DNA from: a virus | Taxonomy: Duplodnaviria > Caudoviricetes | DNA: 64,000 nt | Reading direction: 5' to 3' (one strand) | IMG/VR virus record: IMGVR_UViG_3300032177_000010 | Span: 1,135-65,134 of that record | Shown: one piece after another, positions 1 through 10,933 of the stretch | Numbering within the stretch: position 1 is the stretch's first letter | Layout: each line of letters begins with the position of its first letter | Translations under genes and position numbers: made by a program | Notes under the pieces: model-generated | The model's database searches: none | The model's input: the letters and a program-made list of their open reading frames with translations, nothing else | Told to the model about the DNA's origin: nothing

Positions 1-2770
1 GCCAGTAATAATTTGAATTGTCACTTGTATGTAGGCCATAAAGATGCGAAGCACCATCTGCTACTACCTTTAATCCATACACATCTGAAACCATAATCTT
101 AGTCTTAGCCTGACCAGACGCTATTAATTTACGTATAAAGACTCTGGCCTGTGCCATAGGCCCAATATTAGTATCAGCTATCGGATAGGTTTGTTTTATA
201 TCAACATTTGCTTGCGCATATTGTAGCCAAATATCTTCCCCTGTCTCTTGCTGATATATAGTATAAGCCATACTAGTAGCAGATACGAATTTTGTCGGAT
301 AATTTTTACCTGTTGTAACAAGGCTATAATGATCTTTAATTCTTAGTTCAGATATAGGATGATTATAGATAACAAACTCATCTAGTTGAACTTCAGGTAT
401 TCTATTATTAGCTAAATTAAAGTAATGGTATCTTCCTGTCCAAGAGTATTTCACATAGGGGCTTATAACTGCGGATTCTGCTAGGACTCCATCTACATAC
501 AATGATAACGTCGATCCATCTGAAGATAGAGTAGCTACAACATGGTGCCATGCGTTTGTATCTACCGGACCAGACGTTTTAACATACTTAGTAGACCAAT
601 TACTAAAAGTTGGATCATAATGATTATAAGTAGCATAAATCCAGTTACCAGCGGCAGGGGTGGCGTTCCAATTTGGTATATTATTAGGAGGGGGATGGGC
701 AATCTCCCATCCTGTTAAGTCTCCAAGTCCTAGGTATATCGTTGCTCCATAAGCATCCCCATTATATAATCTAATAGCAAAATTACTAGAGGGATTATTA
801 GGTTTTATCCAGTATTCTAACGCCCACCCATTATCTCTTAGGGCCGTCCCATTTGTCGCACTACTATAATAATATCCACTAGTAGCAAATCTAATTCCCT
901 TTCCAATTGGGGCAACTGGTCCATCAACTTGAACGTTTCCTGCCGCCCCCGAGTTATAGGGGAGAGTATAAGCGCCCAATTTATCGATTAATGTAGCACT
1001 AGTAGGATTATCAAATGTATAGTAGGCTGATGGAGAATCATTAGCAACAATATTATCATATAGCATCCAGTTAGTATTAGCTATTGCAGCCCTAGCGCTG
1101 CCTAATTGTTTAGCTTCATTAATAGATGCAAATGCTTGTGCATAACTTTGATTACGTGGAGGATCGCCGCCGCCATAGGATAGTATCTGTGCTTGAGCCT
1201 GTCCTCGTCCCAAGTTAGCCGGTACTGTACCCATACCTGTAACAGAAATATTATCAATTTCTATTATTAATGGATTAGTGACATTACTGTTGTGATCTGC
1301 TTCAAAGTACCAATATATATGTCCGGGCTTATTATCTTCAATTCCAGTTAGTACATAAGTTACTTGCCATGCGGGAGGCTCACTGCCCGATAAAGCCCAA
1401 ACCTTAACATATACTGTGTTTCCTTGGGCTTTAATCCTATAGGCATTTACTACTTTAGTATCTATGGTAGGATATACGTAGGTAGAAGCTTGAGAGTGAT
1501 AAACAGAGTCTACTTCAAGTTGATTAGTCTGAGTACTAATCTCTGCTCCACTATTCCACCATTCATTCGCCGGTTGGTCCCTTACTATAATAGTATTGTA
1601 AAGCTCTGTTGTAGGATCGTCTACGGCAGACGACTTGATTTCAAAATATAGTTCGAATTCATATAAATTCTCTCCACCAAATTTGAATTCAATAGCATCC
1701 CACCAATCACCGGCTGCAATAGTGACTAAGCCCTTACCCCCACTTACAGAGTTTACAGTACTACCTTGACTAAGTATTGTATATCCGCTTCCAACATCGG
1801 GCTGTCCCCAGCCGTTGGATACAGTACGACTAAACGTATCTCTAAATAAATAGACTACCTCAGGAAGACCTAATGATACTCCTGCTTGGGCGTAGGCTTG
1901 TACATCGTAAACCAATACATGTGCTTGGGCTTGGCCAAACCAAGGCCAAATGGTTTCTCCTGTTTCTTGCTTATATACTGTCCAAGCAATTGCTCTCGCT
2001 TCTACCTTATTCTCAAATGACCATATATAAGAATCTGCTTGACCAGATGCTAAATATGAAGTAAGTATTTGGGCTTCGGCCTGAGAGTAGGATTTATTTA
2101 TTGCCCAAACAAAGATATACGCCTCTGCTTGCGCAAAGGGTTCAGGATTTTCAGGGTCGCCTATATCTCCATTGGGATAAGTATGTACTATTAGGGATTG
2201 TGCTTGACCGTCACCTTTATAGGAGGTCAGAATATTAGCTAATGATTGTCCGTAACCCTGAGGACTACTAAGAATCCAAGCCTCGCTTTGGGCTACTCCG
2301 CTAACTCCAATATAATACGTAGAATCAATCCAAGCTTCGGCTTGTGCCCACCAAGTACTTTTAACAATTAAGGCTTGAGATTGGGCATGAGAAAATGAAG
2401 CTCTATTATAGATAACTCGTACAAAGTTTCTAGTTAATTGTACGGACGGGAGAGTTGTTGTAACAATAGTTCTAACAAAGTTACTAGATACGTCTACAGG
2501 TACAGCAGTATTAGAAAATACTACTCGGGAATATATGTGGGAAACGGCAGCAGCGAGAATTGCTGTCTGTGCCTGTGCAGATACCCGTACTACGCTAGCA
2601 AATATAACAGCGCGCGACTGAGCATAGGCTCTGTATCTGGATAGGTTAGGATTATCTATATAGACTGAGGCTATACCAAACTGTATGTAATAATAGTAGT
2701 CAGAGGTACCTAGAACTATACCGCCAAGTTGAGAGTATGTTGTTCCCAATTGTCCGGTGGTATTAGCCAT
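1..2770 (-). CDS. Partial (runs off window) tail tip/fibre protein with YAQAQ-type repeats, a 'DTFSRTVSNGWG' domain and a LamG/ConA-like domain
   Basis: Not in the ORF track because no stop lies in the window. ATG at 2770 (MANTTGQLG...); manual translation appears open, spot-checked in frame at 1861-1980 and 121-240. Contains WHHVVAT...LYVDG...LDEFVIYN (LamG-like). Confidence 0.8.
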   Translation of the reverse strand, partial: MANTTGQLGTTYSQLGGIVLGTSDYYYYIQFGIASVYIDNPNLSRYRAYAQSRAVIFASVVRVSAQAQTAILAAAVSHIYSRVVFSNTAVPVDVSSNFVRTIVTTTLPSVQLTRNFVRVIYNRASFSHAQSQALIVKSTWWAQAEAWIDSTYYIGVSGVAQSEAWILSSPQGYGQSLANILTSYKGDGQAQSLIVHTYPNGDIGDPENPEPFAQAEAYIFVWAINKSYSQAEAQILTSYLASGQADSYIWSFENKVEARAIAWTVYKQETGETIWPWFGQAQAHVLVYDVQAYAQAGVSLGLPEVVYLFRDTFSRTVSNGWGQPDVGSGYTILSQGSTVNSVSGGKGLVTIAAGDWWDAIEFKFGGENLYEFELYFEIKSSAVDDPTTELYNTIIVRDQPANEWWNSGAEISTQTNQLEVDSVYHSQASTYVYPTIDTKVVNAYRIKAQGNTVYVKVWALSGSEPPAWQVTYVLTGIEDNKPGHIYWYFEADHNSNVTNPLIIEIDNISVTGMGTVPANLGRGQAQAQILSYGGGDPPRNQSYAQAFASINEAKQLGSARAAIANTNWMLYDNIVANDSPSAYYTFDNPTSATLIDKLGAYTLPYNSGAAGNVQVDGPVAPIGKGIRFATSGYYYSSATNGTALRDNGWALEYWIKPNNPSSNFAIRLYNGDAYGATIYLGLGDLTGWEIAHPPPNNIPNWNATPAAGNWIYATYNHYDPTFSNWSTKYVKTSGPVDTNAWHHVVATLSSDGSTLSLYVDGVLAESAVISPYVKYSWTGRYHYFNLANNRIPEVQLDEFVIYNHPISELRIKDHYSLVTTGKNYPTKFVSATSMAYTIYQQETGEDIWLQYAQANVDIKQTYPIADTNIGPMAQARVFIRKLIASGQAKTKIMVSDVYGLKVVADGASHLYGLHTSDNSNYYW

Positions 2771-2797
2771 TGTATTGACCTCTTTATTGTATTAAAA

Positions 2798-3706
2798 TTA
2801 TTCGAATACTACCGCTGCGGCCATTGTATAACCTGTTGCGGCAATTCCTCCTGCGGCTATAGGAAATATCGGTCCAGCCCAAGGAGAGGAGCCATAAGAT
2901 ATCAAAATTTGAGGAGTATTATTTCCTCCCGTGTGTTGAACATAAGCAGCCTGTGTAACATAACCGGGGTTAGTAAACTGTCCACCCGACGTAGTATCTA
3001 TCCAGATGGTTATTAACAGCCCTCCGGGGCTTCCCATAATAACCGGGGTCGTTTTAGTCGCATCTAGCCAATTAAAATCAACAAGTGTACCTACTCCTCT
3101 GAACACTGCTACAGCAGCGCATGAATCTGATCCTGAGCTATGCGTTAGAGTCCAAGTTCCGGGTTCAGTACTGGCAATTTTATACCAAATTCCTTGCCAC
3201 TCATTAGACGAGGTATCATATCTAACTAATTGGGTCCAAGAATTATCGTTCATTGGCCCATTAATATTTACTACAGAGTTGGTACACATTGCGGCCATAA
3301 TAAGCAAGTCCCCATCCACAACACTCCCCGGCTTAGTAAATGAGAATGGAGAAGCCCCCACAGCAGTAACGCTGCCTACTAATGTTGCCGTAGTTTCTGT
3401 TAGAAATATAGCCCTTAATGCCCCAGCAGTTAGTACATGATGTACTTCTGCGCCAGAATTATGTATGGATGCTTGCTGTACGCCTCTAATGGCCTCGCTA
3501 GCACGGATAATTGTAAAAGTATTACCAGAGACACCTGTAACCGTACAAATTTCATCTGGATATGAGGCTTCAGCCTTGATTAGAATTCTAAAGTTACCCG
3601 TAGTAGGAAATCCTGTTGTGCTAACTACTACAAGAGTAGTATCATCATCTAGGATACCTCCATCAAGAGAAGATTGCGCGCCATTTGTAAATTGTTCTTC
3701 TGGCAT
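2798..3706 (-). CDS. Minor tail/virion protein
   Basis: ORF 2798..3748, start moved to MPEEQF after GGGGTG RBS. 'TTGFPTTGNFRILI...EICTVT' N-terminus is typical of phage tail proteins; position in tail module. Confidence 0.65.
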   Translation of the reverse strand: MPEEQFTNGAQSSLDGGILDDDTTLVVVSTTGFPTTGNFRILIKAEASYPDEICTVTGVSGNTFTIIRASEAIRGVQQASIHNSGAEVHHVLTAGALRAIFLTETTATLVGSVTAVGASPFSFTKPGSVVDGDLLIMAAMCTNSVVNINGPMNDNSWTQLVRYDTSSNEWQGIWYKIASTEPGTWTLTHSSGSDSCAAVAVFRGVGTLVDFNWLDATKTTPVIMGSPGGLLITIWIDTTSGGQFTNPGYVTQAAYVQHTGGNNTPQILISYGSSPWAGPIFPIAAGGIAATGYTMAAAVVFE

Positions 3707-3716
3707 GTCATCACCC

Positions 3717-4808
3717 CTACGCCTGTAATTTAAATCCAAATTCCGCATTAGTATTTATGTCGTCTACTGTCCAAGGTAATCCAGTCGCAGGATTAATAGT
3801 CTCTATAAATGTGTAATTATTAAAGCTATTTGTTAAATTAACGTCACTTGCTGACCGTTCATAATCTATAGAGTTCTGTCTTTGCACAAGTCTTAGAGTT
3901 CTTGTTCCTGCATCAAGCTTTGCAGCCCTAACTCCATGCATAAGGCCATAGACTGCTATTGCATTAGTAGGTAAGTTAGTGTATTGATAAGTATCTATTG
4001 CGCCAATAGTTGCTGTTCTTACTAAATCTACATCCGAGGCTCCACCGGCCTCATCAATTAGGGGCCAATGCGCTGATCCAGCCGATGGCAGCCATCCTTG
4101 ATTATAGCCATCTGCATTAGGATAAAGATCAAGAACCCTAACATCCCCTAGATATGGATTAGTAAAGCCTCCTATTTGATCCCCTGTATTATCTAAGATA
4201 TAAAGATCATCGTAAGTTATACCCGGATTATAATCAGTATCCGAATAATTTAATATAAATAACTTAGCATAATTATTTGCGGTATTTACAGCATTCAATC
4301 CAGTAGTCATACTAAGAGCAACTACTCCATTTACTCTTAATTCTACATACGCAGAGTTACTAATAGATACCTTTCCATCTATCCAGTACCATTGGTTAGG
4401 AGATAAGGGCTGGCTTGTGGCCGTTGCTAAAATTGCCGCTGCCGTAGTGTTACAGTTATTAAGAGTTTTGCGGGCATATTGTAAATATCCTGTACTACTA
4501 ATGCAAATACCAGCTTGTGGTCCGGGGGCAGCATCAACGTTAGTATCGCAGAATGATAATAGCCACCAAGTTCTGGTTGAGTTCCAACCCCCTAATTTAA
4601 CCGCAAATCCGAACATAAATTCACTAATACTAGGTAAATTTGGTATATATGCATATGAGCTACCGTTATCCTGATTGGGAAAATATGCCCCTTGTCCACT
4701 TCCACTTACTCTAGAGTAGCCTGATGACCATGTTACATTTCCAGTATAGGGGCCATACATATTTCCAGAATCAAACCCATCAGCCCACCATATATCTCCT
4801 GCTGCCAT
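3717..4808 (-). CDS. Minor tail protein (DGFD N-terminus, ConA-like, C-terminal 'PxxD..W..IDE' domain)
   Basis: 363 aa, downstream of distal tail gene; resembles the N-terminal domain of 36989..41884. Confidence 0.65.
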   Translation of the reverse strand: MAAGDIWWADGFDSGNMYGPYTGNVTWSSGYSRVSGSGQGAYFPNQDNGSSYAYIPNLPSISEFMFGFAVKLGGWNSTRTWWLLSFCDTNVDAAPGPQAGICISSTGYLQYARKTLNNCNTTAAAILATATSQPLSPNQWYWIDGKVSISNSAYVELRVNGVVALSMTTGLNAVNTANNYAKLFILNYSDTDYNPGITYDDLYILDNTGDQIGGFTNPYLGDVRVLDLYPNADGYNQGWLPSAGSAHWPLIDEAGGASDVDLVRTATIGAIDTYQYTNLPTNAIAVYGLMHGVRAAKLDAGTRTLRLVQRQNSIDYERSASDVNLTNSFNNYTFIETINPATGLPWTVDDINTNAEFGFKLQA

Positions 4809-4820
4809 TTATATCGCCCC

Positions 4821-5579
4821 CTATATATACCAGCGGTCATAATAAGATATATCTACACTACCGCCTGTTACTGTAAAAGTTGTTTCTCCTGCGCCCGCGT
4901 ACATACGGTAGTCAGTATTCATTGAAGCATTCATATTAGTTACTCCTTCGATAGCGGTAAATGCCTCTGTATCTATTACAAGCCCACTTGCTGCTCCTGA
5001 TATCGTAATGGTTCCAGTAGGCTCTCCATTAGCTGTTACTCCTGTAATTGTCATGCCTGTTCCTGTAGCCGTTATAATAGTTGGAGTCCATGCACCATTA
5101 GCTAACGTCCTACCTGTAGTAGAAACAGTACCGCTGCCAGAGAATGTATGTAAGGTTTCTCCTACTAGCCACGGTTTACACTCAAACTCTACATTATAGT
5201 CCAAGGTTCTAATCGAAGATGGTACAGACTTGTTAGTGGAGATTGATTTAGCTAATGCTACATAATGTCTGTCCGTATATTGTACGTACAAATTTGTAAA
5301 TACTCTTGAACTTCTAATCATTGTTGCGGCCAATTCTATCTGGTCTTTACAGGTGAGGTAATCCTGCTCCCAAACTTTAAGCGTCAGAGATAGTACCTTG
5401 TTAGCTAGTCCAACATCTTCAGAGTTGGAGCCATCAATATACGCGCCATAGTGCTGAGCTATATTAAGGATTGAATCCATAGTTTCACTCTGTACATAAC
5501 CGGGCAATTGATAGCCGTTTTCAAAGTTTGTGCCGTTATAACTAGCTAAGTATTGCTGCGGTGGTCCTAGTGGGGACAT
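4821..5579 (-). CDS. Distal tail protein (Dit-like)
   Basis: 252 aa directly after tape measure; 'F-x-C-x-P-W' motif and C-terminal 'YYDRW'. Confidence 0.7.
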   Translation of the reverse strand: MSPLGPPQQYLASYNGTNFENGYQLPGYVQSETMDSILNIAQHYGAYIDGSNSEDVGLANKVLSLTLKVWEQDYLTCKDQIELAATMIRSSRVFTNLYVQYTDRHYVALAKSISTNKSVPSSIRTLDYNVEFECKPWLVGETLHTFSGSGTVSTTGRTLANGAWTPTIITATGTGMTITGVTANGEPTGTITISGAASGLVIDTEAFTAIEGVTNMNASMNTDYRMYAGAGETTFTVTGGSVDISYYDRWYI

Positions 5580-5591
5580 AATTATTCCTCC

Positions 5592-8500
5592 TTAAGTTAA
5601 CTTAGCCTTAATTGCTGCGGCCACTTTCTCTACCAGTTGATCCATTTGGGCGGGGGTAAGAAGTTGACCATTAACATCTATGTTAACGCTGATTGGTCCT
5701 TGTGAGTCTCCTATGCTGACACCAGACTTGCTATTCATAGGTACGTTAGCCAATGCTGCAAAGTCTCCTGCGCCCACTCGGATTCTACGAATCGTGTCTG
5801 CCTTGGAAAGTAGGTCGTTCTGCTTCTTTATTTCATCTGTTAGTAAACCTATTCCCTTATTAAGAACCTCTTGAGACAATCCTAGCTGTAGCCATATCCT
5901 CTTATTATCAAGCATAACAGCAACTAAGTCTTTAGCGTGTTCCTTATTCTCTCCGGGTATTGCGCTCTGATACTTCTTGGCCCAAGCAATAGCCCTCTGT
6001 AGATAAGCAGAAACATCGACGTTAGCTGTTTTCCATTCTTCGGGAATATCTATAACCCCTGTATCCTTTCCTGCACCGCCAGTCGATGGCGCTGCACCGG
6101 GCAATCCTCCAAGTTTGGGGAAAGGCGGTAACTCAGGCGTAGTATTCTTTGGTGCTGGATTATTTTTCTTAGCTTGTGCCATTGCCGCATCCCATCCGGC
6201 TTCATCGCTTGCTGCTCCCGTACCAAAATTATAGCGACGACCTCCATGTGCTTTAGCATATATCGACTGTGCATCTTCTATTATTCCTGCATCACCAGTT
6301 GATCCATAAAGATAATTCATTCTAATATTATAAGTTAATTCTTTAACAGTAGGTAGAGAGTTTATTACTAGCCCTACCCACTCTAATATCTTTCCCCAAT
6401 CTGCCGCACTTTGAGCACTAGTATTAGTATTAGTTCCTGTTAGAATAATCTTCCCTACTAAGTCTGTTATAGATAACTCAGCAGCATTAGCATATCCGGG
6501 GAGCTTAGAAATAGATTTTACAAAAGCATCCCATTGCTTATTATCTATATCAGATACCAATGAAGTACCGGGGGATTTTGTAAGTCCTGTTGATATTGCT
6601 TCTGATGAAGCCTTGTAATTCCTTACCCTTCCTTCCATCTCGGCATACTTACCCGCAGTAAGGTCGCCATTAATGAATTGATCATATAAACTAGCAGAAG
6701 TATCTGCAAGACTTTGATTTAAACTCTTCTGAGCATCTTCTAATTCTTTTGTTCTATCAGCAAGTAAGTCCGCGTCGGCGGCTGCTTGAACAGAACTCTT
6801 TCCAAGATATACTATATTTCCACCCAAATCTCGTATAGTATTTACTTGAGTACTCAAATCCATGTCTTTTAACCTTGGAATATACTTAGTTAAAAGTTCT
6901 ATTTGATCTGCCCAAGTACTTGATCCGGGTACCATTCTCTTAGAAGGGTCTTGAGTATCCAACATCATTTTCTCAAGTTGCTTTCTATCCCTTACAAATG
7001 GGGAGTCCCCTTGATCAACGGTACGTCGGCCAAATCTATCCGTACTAGGTATTCTACTTGTAACAGCTTGTGTCTCTACCTCTCCTAATATACTTTGTAA
7101 GAATCTATATTGATTCTCTGATGCTGTAACTTGTTCAGGGGAGAGTTTTCCTAACGCTTGTTTAGTATTAAGTATCGCCTCTAATTTTAGATACCCTTCA
7201 GCGGCTTGGGTTATATTATCTTGAGCATACCCTGCTGCTATTAATGCGTCTCGGTATCTCTCTGCTTCTACTGCATTTTCCTTACTTAGATTATTTATTC
7301 CTTCCCATAATATTGCGGAGGTCTGTAAATTTTTAGGGATTCCCTCTATTACTTTTAATCCTTCTGGCGTATCCTTAAATAAAGTTTTAAAATTATTTAT
7401 ATCGGCTCCAAAGCCCTTTATATCCATATAAGATATTTTTCCGGGTGTTTCACCTATACCGGGCGCCCACCCCGGCGCTGTTCTTCCAGTCTCAAACATT
7501 GTTGGTCCTGATCGCATAGGACTACCAAAGTTTAAGTCAAGTCCTCCCTTATCATTTACATCTAAATACTTCTCAGGATATTTTTGTTTTAAATATGCTA
7601 ATTCTAATTGTTTTTGAATAGCTATTGATGCTGCTTCCCCTATTGTACCTTGCTGTATAGCATTAATTATGCCTTGAGTTAAAGGTAGCCCAGTAGTTCC
7701 ACTAGTAGCTAGTGTCTTAGTTAATTCTACAAATGACGCATTTAATTCATAATTAGTTGTAACTAATTTAGCGGTCGTGTCTGCTAATTTAATCTTAGCA
7801 GCGTCACTAGCAAGTATAGAGTCTGTATCAGTCTTACCAGAAAGTTGTGCTATTTGTTTTACTAGACTTTCTTGTTGTGTTACTAGATTTTTTGTACTAG
7901 TTTTAGCAAGATTATAAGCAGTAGCGGCATTTAGAATAGCTTCTGAATTTGAATCTAATTCTTTAGTTGCTTCTTTAGCATCGCCCGAAATCATTTGTAG
8001 AACAGTTCCAACGCCCATTAAAGCTATACCAGCAATTAGAGCATGGGGAACAACCGCCCCTAGCCCGGTTGTTATGGCACCGGCCATTTGTAATCCCCCG
8101 CCAAGCATTTGTAGCGGGCTTCCTCCACCCATTGCAGCACCAGCAAGCCCAGCAACGCCTATAGCCGCCGCTGCCGCTCCTGCCTTTGGGGTGAGTTTAC
8201 TACTCATAAGTCCTTTTGCCCTTCCCCATGTTCCTACCCCTTGAATAGTACCGGAAGGAGTAGTAGAGGTCGGTATTGGTGCTAATTGTGTCCTTAGAGT
8301 TTTAGCTGCTGCAACCGCTCCCAATATACTAAATGTAAAAGCCTCCATAAATCCTATCATGGACCTTATGCCGACACTTATTAACTTAGATACTGCTAGA
8401 AATGCTGTAATTTGTAGTACTGTTGAGACTGCTCCGACAGAGATACCATCAAAGAATTTCAAAATACTATCTAATACTGTAGTTAAACTACCGAGAGTTT

Positions 8501-10640
8501 CTTTAAGTATCCCGGCAAATTTCTCAAAGGCTATTTCATCAAGTCTAACTTTTAACTGAGTTAACTTGGCGTTATTAGTATCAAGTATCTTGGCATTTGC
8601 TAGTAGCGCTTCGTTGGTGGCATTTATAGAAGTTTGCTCTACCTCAAATATAGAGTTAACATTAGAGAGTAATGCCGCCGCATCTGGCGCACGTCTAGGA
8701 CCGCCAGATATTCCTTTGATAACTTCCTTAACTCGTCCAGCAGGGATTGCTCCCGACTCTATAGCATCCTGAATCTCCTTATAAATAAGCAGGAAGTTCT
8801 TAGCATTTCCTTCGGCATCTCTAACTTGAATACCAAATTCATTTAGGATTTTAATTGATCCCGCAGAGTCAATTGATCCAACTAGGTTCTTGAATGCCGT
8901 AGCAACTTCAGAAGATGACTTAGATGTAACCTGAGATAATACCTGAACAGTAGCAATCTGTTGGTCAACAGTTAATCCTGCTGACTTTCCTGCTTCTGCC
9001 ATTACTGCTAATCCCTTGGTAATATCAGCAACCGCTTGTTGCTGTCCACCAGCTACGGCAGTTATCTTATTTAAGACCCCGACTAATTGATTTGTTTCTA
9101 CCCCTAGCTGCTTCATCATAGCAGTTAATTGTTCGGTAGCGCCTGTAGTATCTAGTCCAGAGATATTTGTAAGGATACCTACAGCGTTAGACATTTCTGT
9201 TATCCGTCTTGTCCAGTCCGCTGTAGTTTGTCCAGTACGTTTTGTGGACAGGGCCATATCGTCTGCTACCTTTACCATCTCATTAAGTGGAGTAGCGGTT
9301 TCGTAAGCAACCTTGGCTAAACTACCGAAGTATTGTCTTGTTTCCTGCGCTGTCATTTGGGCTGTAATAGCAAATCTTCGTAGTAACTTATCTACTTCAT
9401 TTATTTGTTTTACGGTACTTATTATTGCGCCCATTCCGCCAATAACAGCAGTAGTAGCTATAGTCCATTCAATAACTTTTACAAAGTCTCGCTGGATCAT
9501 CCGCAAGAATCCACTTAGGCCGGACATTTGCCCACCGAATCTAGTAATAACTCTACCGTTCTTATCTATTTCAGCACCAAATCTTACAAGTTGTGGTGAT
9601 CCGTCCTTTAATGTTTTAAAGAATTCTCCACTTACCTTAGTAGTCCCTCTTATTAAATCCATATAAGGAGCGCTAAAGTTAGCGCTTTGCATACTTTGAT
9701 TAAAGGCAGGAGTATTCATCTTAGCCCCGCCGCCTAATCCCGCTCTCATAAGCATTGATTGTAGTTGTGGGGAAGAATTAAGTGTAGCCATCACATTTGA
9801 AGGTGCTTGTGAAGGAGCATTCCATTCCTTTCTAACCTGTGCTCTAGCGGCACGTATTACCGCTTGTTGAGCAGCAACATTAGTGGCTAACGTTGATGCG
9901 GTGGCATCCCTAGCTGTACCAAGTCCCCCCGGACCACCTAAAGCCGCCGATACAGCATTACGCATACGAGTTGTAGCCCTAACTACGCCATCCGCATTTC
10001 TAGAAATAGCAGTTGTTACTCCACCTAACGATCTAGAAATTTCACTAGGAAGAGTATATCCAGCCCTTCTAAAATCTTCTTTAAGAGCTAATAATTGTGC
10101 TCTATTATCTTTTAGGGCTTTACCTATGTCATTTCTTCTACTTATATTTGCCAAATACGGTGCTTCTACGGTAGCGGTAGCACCGGCTATAGCAGAATCC
10201 GCCGCTGCTAATCTTGTGCGGCCTGTACGTCGCATATTAGCTAATTGGCCTTCTGCCTTTGTTAGATTGCCAACCGCCTTTGTCCATTCTTGAAGATTAC
10301 CTCTATTAAATGTGTCGTTGCCCATAGATATAAAGGTCTTTCCAATTCTCATTCCCATTTCGTTAGTAATACGCATGGTATTATTAAGGGAATCAAATGC
10401 AATTTTTGTTGATCTAACGGCTGGACCAAACTTACCTATACTACTATCTGGAAACGGTCCTCTACCAAGTCCCGATCCATGCTGCCCCAATCCACCAGAC
10501 AGGTTCCCGTACTGTGCCTTAAGGGTTCTTTCCATCTCCCTGTTTGTCTGTGCCATGAACGCATTAGTTTGGCTGCCTATAGCCGCCAAGATAGCGGGCA
10601 AGCCACCCAAATTTACAGCACGAAATCCTATATCTACCAC
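5592..10640 (-). CDS. Tail tape measure protein
   Basis: 1682 aa, Ala/Gly-rich and helical, TP901-like core (VLNKITAVA...VATAFKN...FGIQVRDAEGN), hydrophobic segment; follows tail chaperones. Confidence 0.9.
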   Translation of the reverse strand: MVDIGFRAVNLGGLPAILAAIGSQTNAFMAQTNREMERTLKAQYGNLSGGLGQHGSGLGRGPFPDSSIGKFGPAVRSTKIAFDSLNNTMRITNEMGMRIGKTFISMGNDTFNRGNLQEWTKAVGNLTKAEGQLANMRRTGRTRLAAADSAIAGATATVEAPYLANISRRNDIGKALKDNRAQLLALKEDFRRAGYTLPSEISRSLGGVTTAISRNADGVVRATTRMRNAVSAALGGPGGLGTARDATASTLATNVAAQQAVIRAARAQVRKEWNAPSQAPSNVMATLNSSPQLQSMLMRAGLGGGAKMNTPAFNQSMQSANFSAPYMDLIRGTTKVSGEFFKTLKDGSPQLVRFGAEIDKNGRVITRFGGQMSGLSGFLRMIQRDFVKVIEWTIATTAVIGGMGAIISTVKQINEVDKLLRRFAITAQMTAQETRQYFGSLAKVAYETATPLNEMVKVADDMALSTKRTGQTTADWTRRITEMSNAVGILTNISGLDTTGATEQLTAMMKQLGVETNQLVGVLNKITAVAGGQQQAVADITKGLAVMAEAGKSAGLTVDQQIATVQVLSQVTSKSSSEVATAFKNLVGSIDSAGSIKILNEFGIQVRDAEGNAKNFLLIYKEIQDAIESGAIPAGRVKEVIKGISGGPRRAPDAAALLSNVNSIFEVEQTSINATNEALLANAKILDTNNAKLTQLKVRLDEIAFEKFAGILKETLGSLTTVLDSILKFFDGISVGAVSTVLQITAFLAVSKLISVGIRSMIGFMEAFTFSILGAVAAAKTLRTQLAPIPTSTTPSGTIQGVGTWGRAKGLMSSKLTPKAGAAAAAIGVAGLAGAAMGGGSPLQMLGGGLQMAGAITTGLGAVVPHALIAGIALMGVGTVLQMISGDAKEATKELDSNSEAILNAATAYNLAKTSTKNLVTQQESLVKQIAQLSGKTDTDSILASDAAKIKLADTTAKLVTTNYELNASFVELTKTLATSGTTGLPLTQGIINAIQQGTIGEAASIAIQKQLELAYLKQKYPEKYLDVNDKGGLDLNFGSPMRSGPTMFETGRTAPGWAPGIGETPGKISYMDIKGFGADINNFKTLFKDTPEGLKVIEGIPKNLQTSAILWEGINNLSKENAVEAERYRDALIAAGYAQDNITQAAEGYLKLEAILNTKQALGKLSPEQVTASENQYRFLQSILGEVETQAVTSRIPSTDRFGRRTVDQGDSPFVRDRKQLEKMMLDTQDPSKRMVPGSSTWADQIELLTKYIPRLKDMDLSTQVNTIRDLGGNIVYLGKSSVQAAADADLLADRTKELEDAQKSLNQSLADTSASLYDQFINGDLTAGKYAEMEGRVRNYKASSEAISTGLTKSPGTSLVSDIDNKQWDAFVKSISKLPGYANAAELSITDLVGKIILTGTNTNTSAQSAADWGKILEWVGLVINSLPTVKELTYNIRMNYLYGSTGDAGIIEDAQSIYAKAHGGRRYNFGTGAASDEAGWDAAMAQAKKNNPAPKNTTPELPPFPKLGGLPGAAPSTGGAGKDTGVIDIPEEWKTANVDVSAYLQRAIAWAKKYQSAIPGENKEHAKDLVAVMLDNKRIWLQLGLSQEVLNKGIGLLTDEIKKQNDLLSKADTIRRIRVGAGDFAALANVPMNSKSGVSIGDSQGPISVNIDVNGQLLTPAQMDQLVEKVAAAIKAKLT

Positions 10641-10643
10641 GGG

Positions 10644-10913
10644 TTATTCCACCTCGTCTGGATCAAACTCTATTGTATTACTTCTATTTTTATCCTCATT
10701 ACCTATCTTAAATACTTCATTAAAGTAGGCTTTTAATTTATATGGTTTATCCCAAATACCTCTAGGGGGCTGCTTATCTTCCGATAGTTCATTAAAAGAA
10801 CTTAGTTTACTGGTATACATGATTAGAAAGGATAGTGTATGAGGTAGGTCTGCTGTTATCTCTACATCTTCTGCAAACGGTATACCAGTTTCCTTGTGGG
10901 TGGCTAACGCCAT
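10644..10913 (-). CDS. Tail assembly chaperone, frameshift extension (gpT-like)
   Basis: In the -1 frame relative to the upstream ORF, open from the slippery site at 10937-10943. Confidence 0.75.
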   Translation of the reverse strand: MALATHKETGIPFAEDVEITADLPHTLSFLIMYTSKLSSFNELSEDKQPPRGIWDKPYKLKAYFNEVFKIGNEDKNRSNTIEFDPDEVE

Positions 10914-10933
10914 TGTTATTGCGCCACCCTCTG